Assembly: GCA_002347755.1 (NCBI GenBank)
Contig: DDXT01000036.1
Span: 1-53,157 of the forward strand
Length of the DNA: 53,157 nucleotides
Direction of reading: 5' to 3'
Origin: Bacillales bacterium UBA2253
GTDB taxonomy: Bacteria; Bacillota_I; Bacilli_A; ML615J-28; CAG-698
Shown one piece after another: positions 21,558-28,397 of the stretch. The notes below the pieces were generated by a model. The model did not search any database and was not told where the DNA came from. It worked only from the letters and a program-made list of their open reading frames with translations. The position numbers were made by a program, and so were the translations under genes. Every line of letters starts with the position of its first letter. The first letter of the stretch is position 1.

Positions 21558-22034
21558 TTATTTCAAAAATTCCAGAATCTCTTGAGCGTTGGTGTCCGGG
21601 TTAGCTTTCGTAAAGACCTTGGCGATAACGCCTTTCTCATCGATGACGAAAGTTGAACGGATCACTCCCATGCTTTTGATCCCGTAAAGGTTCTTTTCTC
21701 CCCAAACGCCGAAAGCTTTGATGGCTTCCAACTCCGGGTCGGCTAGCAGAATGAAAGGCAATTGGTAATCCGCGATGAATTTCCGGTGGGATTCAATGGA
21801 ATCTTTGCTCACGCCGATGACAACGATGTTTTTCTTTTTAAATCCGTCATAGGCATCGCGAAACGCGCAGGCCTGACGGGTGCATCCGGGGGTATGATCT
21901 TTTGGATAAAAATAAACGACAACTTTTTTCCCTAAAAAGTCCGATAATTTGACAATGTTGTCATTTTGGTCTTTAAGACTAAAAATCGGGGCGATGGTTT
22001 TTTCTTGTAACATATAATATCCATTCATAAACAT
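21558..22034 (-). CDS. bcp: Thioredoxin-dependent peroxiredoxin Bcp
   Basis: FYPKDHTPGCTRQAC active-site motif. The exact start is uncertain: there are ATGs at 22034, 22028 and 22013. Confidence 0.85.
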   Translation of the reverse strand: MFMNGYYMLQEKTIAPIFSLKDQNDNIVKLSDFLGKKVVVYFYPKDHTPGCTRQACAFRDAYDGFKKKNIVVIGVSKDSIESHRKFIADYQLPFILLADPELEAIKAFGVWGEKNLYGIKSMGVIRSTFVIDEKGVIAKVFTKANPDTNAQEILEFLK

Positions 22035-22137
22035 TTTCCTTAAGGATATTATATCATATCTGAATTCCAGCGGGTCCCGGACGCAACAATATAAAACCGA
22101 TAAGCCGGAAATTCAAGGCCTATCGGTGTATTGTTTT

Positions 22138-23511
22138 TTATTTAATGATTGGAAGACAAGCCGCGGCATAAGATTGACCAACCCGGCGGCTCATTTCGTC
22201 CGGCATGGAAAGCTTAATCGATTTAAGTTCCGGGAATTCGTCATACAAAACCGTCTTGGCGACTTTCAGGATCGTATCGCCGCCTTTTCCGGAAACAACG
22301 CGGCCGAGCAAAAGCACATGTTTGATCTGATAGAATTCCGCGTAATAAGCAATCGCGTATCCCAAGTAAATCCCGATGTTCTCAAATATCTCGTTGGCGA
22401 CTGAATGGCCTTCTTCGTTGAGTTTTTGAACATATTTAAGCTTTTGAGCCAGCGAAAGGTTCTCGTCAAAGACGATTCCTCCGGCCCGTGCCAATTTGAT
22501 GACTGAGTCCTGCGAAAAATATTTGACGCCACAGCCGTAATCGCCGCTCCATTCATCAACCATGCTGTTGGGGTTGAAATCGACCGGAACAAACGCCAAT
22601 TCGCTCAACCAGCCTTTGAGGTTGCCGTTTTCATCAACGTATCCCGCGGCTTCGGAAGTGCCCATGGCCAAACCGAGAATCTGATTGTCTTTCAGTTCAA
22701 TGGCCCCGGCCAGCGCCGAGACATCGCCGTCATTGGCGACCACCAGCGGAACATCACCGAATTCATTCTTCGCGATGTCAATGTACATGTTTTTCACATG
22801 CCGATCAAAATCGTCTTTCGAAACTTTCAAAAACAGCGAAGCCGCCCTGATCCGGTTGTCAACATAGATGCCCGCCGAAGAGACCCCGATGGCGTCAACT
22901 CTTGGCATATAAGATGCGGCTCTCTTCATGGAATCCAGAATGCCGTCATGATGATATTGCGGGTTGGAATTCAGTTTCGGAAGCCAAGCCACTTCTTCGC
23001 TGTAAACAGCTTGACCATCAATGACCGCGGAAACCTTTCGGTCGCTGCCGCCGGCGTCGAATCCGATTCGGCAACCGTTGACATTGGCAGTAAAAAAAAT
23101 ATTTTGGGGTTTAAAAGCCGGAATGGAACCGTAATTTACGAAGTGAACGAAAAACGGACTTTCATAAGCTTTGGCCAAAAAATCGGCGTCAAATTCGCGG
23201 CGTCCGCCCGGTTGATAATCAGCTAAAATTTGCTCATATATGGCTTTTGACCCCGCGATGTAGATCTTGAAACCGCCAATCAACCAAAGCAGGGTTTTAA
23301 TGATTCTTTCCACGATCTCATAATTTTCTTTATCATGCCCAGCATGATCTTTGAAAGTATCGATTTTATAGATGTAGTTATATCCGTCATTTCTTTCAAT
23401 GCAAATGACGACTAATTGTTTTGAAACTCCCGCTTTTATCTTTTTTTGAAAATCATGGAGTTTCAAAATCATGGGTGAAAAATTTTTATCTAGTGACGGA
23501 ATGTATTTCAT
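22138..23511 (-). CDS. ROK/ASKHA-superfamily sugar-kinase-like protein with an uncharacterised ~135-aa N-terminal extension
   Basis: GFDAGGSD (phosphate 1), ANDGDVSALAGA and GLAMGTSEAAGY motifs in the C-terminal ~320 aa. No match recognised for the N-terminal part. Confidence 0.6.
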   Translation of the reverse strand: MKYIPSLDKNFSPMILKLHDFQKKIKAGVSKQLVVICIERNDGYNYIYKIDTFKDHAGHDKENYEIVERIIKTLLWLIGGFKIYIAGSKAIYEQILADYQPGGRREFDADFLAKAYESPFFVHFVNYGSIPAFKPQNIFFTANVNGCRIGFDAGGSDRKVSAVIDGQAVYSEEVAWLPKLNSNPQYHHDGILDSMKRAASYMPRVDAIGVSSAGIYVDNRIRAASLFLKVSKDDFDRHVKNMYIDIAKNEFGDVPLVVANDGDVSALAGAIELKDNQILGLAMGTSEAAGYVDENGNLKGWLSELAFVPVDFNPNSMVDEWSGDYGCGVKYFSQDSVIKLARAGGIVFDENLSLAQKLKYVQKLNEEGHSVANEIFENIGIYLGYAIAYYAEFYQIKHVLLLGRVVSGKGGDTILKVAKTVLYDEFPELKSIKLSMPDEMSRRVGQSYAAACLPIIK

Positions 23512-23520
23512 GATCGAACC

Positions 23521-23985
23521 TCAGTTAATTTTTTTAATTATGACGTAAAATTCGTAACCGGTTTCGGTTTTTACCAGAACTTTATCTCCGACTTTTTGAT
23601 TGAGGATGGCAGCTCCCAAAGGCGATTCATTGGAAATCTTGCCCTGGAGCGGATCAGCTTCCAAACTTCCGACCAAAGAAAACTCATCAACAGTCTTGTC
23701 TTCAAACTCCAGAACAATCTCTTTTCCGAGATTTGAGGCGGTGGCTTTGCTTTCATCAATGACCACCGCGTTTTTGATGATGTTTTCGAGTTCTTTGATT
23801 CGCGCTTCCAAGCGAGCTTGTTCATCTCGTGCAGCGTCATAATCGGCGTTTTCAGACAAATCCCCTTGAGCACGAGCTTCTTTTAAGGATTCAATAACCC
23901 GGCCTCGTTCATGGTTCTTCAAAAAATCCAATTCTTGCTTGCATTTTTCAAGTCCTTCGGCTGTCAATTGATGTTTACCATTCAT
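23521..23985 (-). CDS. greA: Transcription elongation factor GreA
   Basis: Coiled-coil N-domain with GDLSENADYDAARDEQ. 154 aa. Confidence 0.95.
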   Translation of the reverse strand: MNGKHQLTAEGLEKCKQELDFLKNHERGRVIESLKEARAQGDLSENADYDAARDEQARLEARIKELENIIKNAVVIDESKATASNLGKEIVLEFEDKTVDEFSLVGSLEADPLQGKISNESPLGAAILNQKVGDKVLVKTETGYEFYVIIKKIN

Positions 23986-24031
23986 TGTTATTCCCCCTTA
24001 TGTTTTTAAGACTATTATACGCTTCCGGAAC

Positions 24032-24061
24032 GAAAAATGCAATCATTTTTTGTGATTGCAT
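24032..24061 (-). terminator. Intrinsic terminator after the U32 operon
   Basis: Stem tgcaatca/tgattgca plus T5 on the minus strand, immediately after the stop. Confidence 0.65.
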
Positions 24062-24063
24062 TT

Positions 24064-25266
24064 TCAGCGTTTGGTTCCCGGGGCCTTGCGAATCATGTCA
24101 CCGGGAGAAACCGAAAAATCAACTTTGAGTTTTACGATCTGGAGAGCATGGCGGGCCGCCGCAAGAGGGATGTTGTTCTCGTCCCCCATTTCCCGGATGA
24201 TCATCCGGCGGTTTTCGGACTTTGGCCCGAAAAATTCGACCTCATCGCCGATTTCAAAATAGTTTCGTTCCTGAACCGTGGCCGTTTGGGTAATGGGATC
24301 ATAGTCCAAAACCATTCCGATGAATTCTTTGGTCGGCATCAGCTCTTCATTATTGTACACTTGTTCGTTAACGCCGGGTTTATGAAATAAAAATCCCGTA
24401 CCCGTCGCCCGGTTCTCGGCTTTGGAGATCTCCTCTTTATATTTCGAAACATCAAAGTTCCCATGGTTTTTTAGGCAGTCATCGATCAGCATCCGGTATC
24501 CGCGGACCACGGTCGCGATGTAATAAATGGATTTCATCCGGCCTTCTATTTTCAGAGATTTCACTCCCAGTTTGATCAATTCGGGAAGGGCGGAAACGGC
24601 GCACAAGTCCCGCGAGCCCATGGAAAAGAAAACATCATCAATGTTCAAGGCTTTTCCGTTTAAAAAAAGCGAATAATTCCAGCGGCAGGAATGGGCGCAA
24701 CCGCCCCGATTGGCATCCCGGTTGGTCATGTGATTGCTCAGCATGCACCTTCCGGAATAGGAGACGCACATTCCCCCATGAATGAATACTTCCAAATCGG
24801 CGTCGGTCTTGGTACGAATCTGGCGGATCTGTTCCAAACCGACTTCCCGGGCCAAAACAAATCGAGAAAAACCCCATTTTCGCAAGAATTCGATCGTTTG
24901 GGAGTTTGATACGGAAAATTGGGTACTCAAATGCCGTTCGATCCGCGGCGTCAGCCGTTTGGCCACTTCGGCGATTTTGAGACTGGTAACAATGATGCCG
25001 TCAACTTCGAACGAATCCAGAGCCAAAAGATAATCTTCCAAGCCCTCGAAATCGGAATCATGAGGAACGATATTCATCGTCACATAGACCTTGGCGCCAT
25101 GAGAATGAGCAAATTCGCAGCCTTCTTTGATGTCTTTTAATCCAAAATTGCTGGCCCGAGCCCGAAGGCTGAATTTCTTTCCCCCGATGTAAACCGCATT
25201 AGCTCCATATAAAATGGCTACTTTTAACCGCTCCAAGTCCCCGGCGGGAGCCAATAATTCAATCAT
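24064..25266 (-). CDS. Peptidase U32 family protein (YrrO/TrhP-like, tRNA ho5U-associated)
   Basis: 400 aa. U32 N-terminal signature (ELLAPAGD...AVYIGGKKFSLRARA) and a Cys-rich centre. Same order and size as B. subtilis yrrO. Confidence 0.75.
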   Translation of the reverse strand: MIELLAPAGDLERLKVAILYGANAVYIGGKKFSLRARASNFGLKDIKEGCEFAHSHGAKVYVTMNIVPHDSDFEGLEDYLLALDSFEVDGIIVTSLKIAEVAKRLTPRIERHLSTQFSVSNSQTIEFLRKWGFSRFVLAREVGLEQIRQIRTKTDADLEVFIHGGMCVSYSGRCMLSNHMTNRDANRGGCAHSCRWNYSLFLNGKALNIDDVFFSMGSRDLCAVSALPELIKLGVKSLKIEGRMKSIYYIATVVRGYRMLIDDCLKNHGNFDVSKYKEEISKAENRATGTGFLFHKPGVNEQVYNNEELMPTKEFIGMVLDYDPITQTATVQERNYFEIGDEVEFFGPKSENRRMIIREMGDENNIPLAAARHALQIVKLKVDFSVSPGDMIRKAPGTKR

Positions 25267-26140
25267 GGTTTTTTCCCTCCGGAGAATCTTTCACTTGATG
25301 CAAATAATCGGTTCCCAAATTGGGATTTATGGCCTTCAGCCGGGTTTGCAATTCCAGCAGGCTTCGGTAATTTCCATTCAAAAGTTCGCGGTAAAGCCCG
25401 ATGACGGATATCAATTCCGCCTCCGGAACAAACAACCCGCTTATTTTGGCGAAACGCAATTCCGGAAGACTTTTAAGTTCCGCAAAAAGGCAATAACGAT
25501 AAGGCGTGTAGACGAAAGTCCCGTGTCCGGATTGAAAAATGGAATAACGATCGTCGCGAAGTTCTTCTTTTAAGCCTAATCTTTGATCGGCCAGTTGCAA
25601 ATTCTTCCCCTGAAACTCCGAAAAGGTGGACAACAGATTTCGTCGCGAATAAGCCATCTGGTGATAGCCGTAGACTTCCATGACGGTGTTGCCGGCTTCG
25701 GTGATTGGTTTTATTTCTTCCAAAGTCAGTTCATTGGCGATCATGGCCAAACTTCCGAGATCTTTTAGGATCTGGGCGTCAAAGCGGTTGGTGATCAGCG
25801 TCTGGGGATTGTAGATCAATTGGTCCGATATCCCGTTTTCTTGAAAATAAGCAATCGCCGCAAAATCGCCGCCGATGACGTAATCAAATCCCAATTCCCA
25901 ATATGACCTGATGGTTTGATAAAAATCTTCCAGTTCTTCCTCTTCGATAATCCGGTCCAGGTTGATGATCGAGACCAACCCCTTTTTTTTACAGTATTCC
26001 AGCGAAAAACAAATCTCTTCAGCGCTCAAAAATCGGTCATTGTAGCAAGAAAACTTCGGATCGTTGATGATGATCCCATCAACAAGGTACTCGCCGAGGC
26101 GTTCCGCTGACTTCAGGTCCGCAATTAATTTGATTTTCAT
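25259..26140 (-). CDS. Peptidase U32 family protein (YrrN-like)
   Basis: 293 aa, U32-like. 8-nt overlap with the downstream U32 gene and 4-nt overlap with the methyltransferase gene. Confidence 0.65.
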   Translation of the reverse strand: MKIKLIADLKSAERLGEYLVDGIIINDPKFSCYNDRFLSAEEICFSLEYCKKKGLVSIINLDRIIEEEELEDFYQTIRSYWELGFDYVIGGDFAAIAYFQENGISDQLIYNPQTLITNRFDAQILKDLGSLAMIANELTLEEIKPITEAGNTVMEVYGYHQMAYSRRNLLSTFSEFQGKNLQLADQRLGLKEELRDDRYSIFQSGHGTFVYTPYRYCLFAELKSLPELRFAKISGLFVPEAELISVIGLYRELLNGNYRSLLELQTRLKAINPNLGTDYLHQVKDSPEGKNHD

Positions 26141-26778
26141 TTGAGTCTCCTGGTGACGGCCATTCCATCCCCGATTGCCAAAAAGAGCGTCTTAAAGTCC
26201 TTTTGTTTCGATAACCAAACGTTATAATCCCGGATCTTGTCCACCAAACTGCGAAGATTGCGGTTTTCAATCCGTGCGTCTTTCTCCACCAGACCGTGGA
26301 AAAGCAGATTATCGGAAACAATGATTCCGTCTTCAGCCAAAAATGGCGAAAATTTCTCGAAGAATCGGACATATTGGGCCTTGGCCGCATCAATGAAGAT
26401 GATGTCAAAGCGATAATCAATTTTGGAAGTGTCGAATTCCAAGGCATCGCCCAGACTGATTCGGATTCGGTCGGTCATTTTGGCGGCTTCCACGTTCTTC
26501 ACGGCTTCCTGATACATCTCATTGTTCTTCTCGATGGTATCGATGACGACGCCGTCGCAAGCGGTGGCCACGTTGATGACACAAAAGCCGATGGCAGTCC
26601 CGATTTCCAAAAAATGCTTCGGTTTGACCAAATCAACCAGTTGCAACATCAGCGCCAATCCGTCATCATTCAAAACCGGAATTTTATTTGTTTGCGCGTA
26701 TTTGCGCATTTCCTTAATGGTTTTGCCATTGGGAAAATCGTTTAAATTTTGAAAATGTTCACTCATAAAAATCACCAT
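26137..26778 (-). CDS. trmR: Class I SAM-dependent O-methyltransferase (YrrM/TrmR-like)
   Basis: LEIGTAIGF SAM motif and DAAKAQY, a catechol-OMT-like fold. First gene of a yrrM-yrrN-yrrO-like cluster. The start could be 26778 (no SD, possibly leaderless) or 26766. Confidence 0.7.
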   Translation of the reverse strand: MVIFMSEHFQNLNDFPNGKTIKEMRKYAQTNKIPVLNDDGLALMLQLVDLVKPKHFLEIGTAIGFCVINVATACDGVVIDTIEKNNEMYQEAVKNVEAAKMTDRIRISLGDALEFDTSKIDYRFDIIFIDAAKAQYVRFFEKFSPFLAEDGIIVSDNLLFHGLVEKDARIENRNLRSLVDKIRDYNVWLSKQKDFKTLFLAIGDGMAVTRRLK

Positions 26779-26921
26779 TAATAATTATAAGGTAAAAGCC
26801 CTAATTATGCAAATAATAAGTTCATCAGAAAACTAACAAAGACCATTTGAATTTTTTCTGCCTTTAGAAAAACATACTGCCAAAAAAAAAGAGCTTTTTT
26901 CGCTCCTTATTAACTTTGATT

Positions 26922-26939
26922 ATGTAACTTAGTTGGTAG
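26922..26939 (+). repeat. Island repeat copy G (aTGTAACTTAGTTGGtaG)
   Basis: 15/18 match to CTGTAACTTAGTTGGGGG, plus-strand orientation. Confidence 0.8.
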
Positions 26940-26950
26940 TGTAAGTATAA

Positions 26951-26970
26951 CTGTAACTTTGTTGGTGGTC
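26951..26970 (+). repeat. Island repeat copy F (CTGTAACTTtGTTGGtGGTC)
   Basis: 18/20 match, plus-strand orientation. Forms a hairpin/palindrome with copy E. Confidence 0.8.
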
Positions 26971-26971
26971 T

Positions 26972-26989
26972 CCCCCATAAAAGTTACAG
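26972..26989 (-). repeat. Island repeat copy E (CTGTAACTTttaTGGGGG on minus strand)
   Basis: 15/18 match, opposite orientation to F, 1 nt away. Confidence 0.7.
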
Positions 26990-27185
26990 CTTTTTTATAA
27001 TAACACGTTCTTTTCAAGATAAGTGTTGCTGGTTCCTTTTCGGGAAAAGAGCAAATTGAATAAACAAGCAAATCTAAAAAGACGTTGAGGAAAATCGGTA
27101 AAACATTTACACTTATTCAAGACATACCAAGAAAAAAGTGTAAATTGTATTGAGAAAGGCATTCGGTTGAAACCGGATGCCTTTA

Positions 27186-27213
27186 TTTTGACCCCCAACT
27201 AAGTTACAGAGCC
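27186..27213 (-). repeat. Island repeat copy D, longest unit (GGCTCTGTAACTTAGTTGGGGGTCAAAA on minus strand)
   Basis: It shares the GGCT flank with copy A and the TCAAAA flank with copy C. Confidence 0.9.
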
Positions 27214-27333
27214 CTTTTATCGAATACCGTCGCATCTACCTAATTTATGGTTCCTTTTGCTTTTTAAAAACTTTTGATCGTAAAGTTGAGCTTCTTTTTA
27301 ATTTGGCAGTTTACTTGCCAAAAGTTCTTTGGA

Positions 27334-27837
27334 TTATATTTTCCTTTGCGCATTGCTTTTATTAAAGAAAGAAAAAACAAACATCGAAACGCATGAAATC
27401 ATATTAATAGCAAACAATATTATGGCGCCAATACCAATCGATGGTATTTGGTTGGAAAAAATATATTTAGTTGACATCACATCAGCAAAATGTATTAATG
27501 CAGGTAATCCAATAGCGTTGCTTATAAAGAACAAAAGAATCAAGACATAGAAAACACCCTTAGGTAATACTTTTTTTAGATTGGATTTATCTTGAAGAGA
27601 TATTAATCCTATAATCAACATTATCATAGAGAGCATAAAAATAACTAAAGAAATAATGGTAATGATTGGGCCCTCATCATATGGGGAATTAAACCATGAG
27701 AATAATTCGTAGCCATTATAAAATGATGGTATTAAGCCTTCAAACACAATAAATGGAGTCAAATACAATATTAGGTTGATTATTCCTAATACGATTAAAC
27801 AAAAACTATTGAGGTTTTTAAAAATATTATTTTTCAT
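27334..27837 (-). CDS. Small multi-pass membrane protein, unknown function
   Basis: MKNNIFKNLNSFCLIVLGIINLILYL..., about 5 hydrophobic helices. ATG at 27837 follows GAGGAAAAC (trimmed from 27888). AT-rich codon usage. Confidence 0.6.
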   Translation of the reverse strand: MKNNIFKNLNSFCLIVLGIINLILYLTPFIVFEGLIPSFYNGYELFSWFNSPYDEGPIITIISLVIFMLSMIMLIIGLISLQDKSNLKKVLPKGVFYVLILLFFISNAIGLPALIHFADVMSTKYIFSNQIPSIGIGAIILFAINMISCVSMFVFSFFNKSNAQRKI

Positions 27838-27847
27838 GTTTTCCTCA

Positions 27848-28297
27848 CTAAGTCGTAATATGCAAGAAACACTTGATGCAATAAGCAATAGGGTCCGGAA
27901 ACTGAATCTCTATATTATGTTCTTCAAGCTTACTATACCCACACTGTCTGCATGTTGCAATATGATATTGAAAATCTCTTGGGAAATAATTACCAGCATA
28001 AGCATGTGTACAAAGAATACTAATCCCAGAAGAATTATATGAAGAGAAAGTAATGTTATCACTTCCTGTTGTTAGCCAATTACCGACTTGCCCTAAACGC
28101 AACGTAAAACTAGAAGAACTTGTATTGTTAGAATGCCTCAAAAAGAATACATTGCTATTTCCGGCATCTGAAGCAACAACAGTTCCAATAGAATTTACAA
28201 GTTCTAAATTATATTTTGTAAATACTGGGTTAATTGCGATGCCGCCATTGGATGGATTAGACCCACCCCAAACAGAATTAAATCTTTTGACCCCCAA
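27848..28297 (-). pseudogene. 5'-truncated ORF (Ser/Asn/Gly-rich region plus C-terminal H/C-rich CxxC...CxxC segment)
   Basis: The 149-codon frame has no ATG and no SD. It opens at a TTG inside repeat copy C, immediately after the repeat's in-frame TAG. Confidence 0.5.
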
Positions 28298-28308
28298 CTA
28301 AGTTACAG
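28285..28308 (-). repeat. Island repeat copy C (CTGTAACTTAGTTGGGGGTCAAAA)
   Basis: Perfect core; TCAAAA flank shared with copy D. Confidence 0.9.
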
Positions 28309-28316
28309 GCGAAATA

Positions 28317-28334
28317 CCACCAACTAAGTTACAG
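28317..28334 (-). repeat. Island repeat copy B (CTGTAACTTAGTTGGtGG)
   Basis: 17/18 match. 26 bp start-to-start from C. Confidence 0.9.
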
Positions 28335-28349
28335 GTTGTATTTCATATA

Positions 28350-28371
28350 CCCCCAACTAAGTTACAGAGCC
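28350..28371 (-). repeat. Island repeat copy A (GGCTCTGTAACTTAGTTGGGGG)
   Basis: Perfect core; GGCT flank shared with copy D. 33 bp start-to-start from B and 27 nt after the regulator stop. Confidence 0.9.
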
Positions 28372-28397
28372 AAAACTTTTTCATTGATTAATCATGG

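Noticed and set aside
26922-26945. GTAACTTAGTTGGTAGTG resembles a tRNA D-arm (GTAGCTCAGTTGGTAGAGC).
   Set aside because: No acceptor stem, anticodon arm or GTTCGAATC-type T-arm follows. It is one copy of the island repeat.
26995-27198. 67-aa ORF in the track starting MGVK, the same first four residues as the 149-aa ORF.
   Set aside because: Both begin at the TTG inside the repeat, right after the repeat's in-frame TAG. The shared N-terminus is an artefact of the repeat. There is no ATG or SD and the segment is hairpin-rich. A shufflon-style 5'-exchange was considered, but the in-frame TAG in the repeat blocks read-through fusion.
28285-28371. Three direct repeats with short spacers looked superficially like a mini CRISPR array.
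   Set aside because: The repeats are only 18-24 bp and the spacers 8-15 bp. There are no cas genes, and the same motif occurs in inverted orientation 1.3 kb away. It was treated as a transposon-end, operator or recombination repeat family instead.
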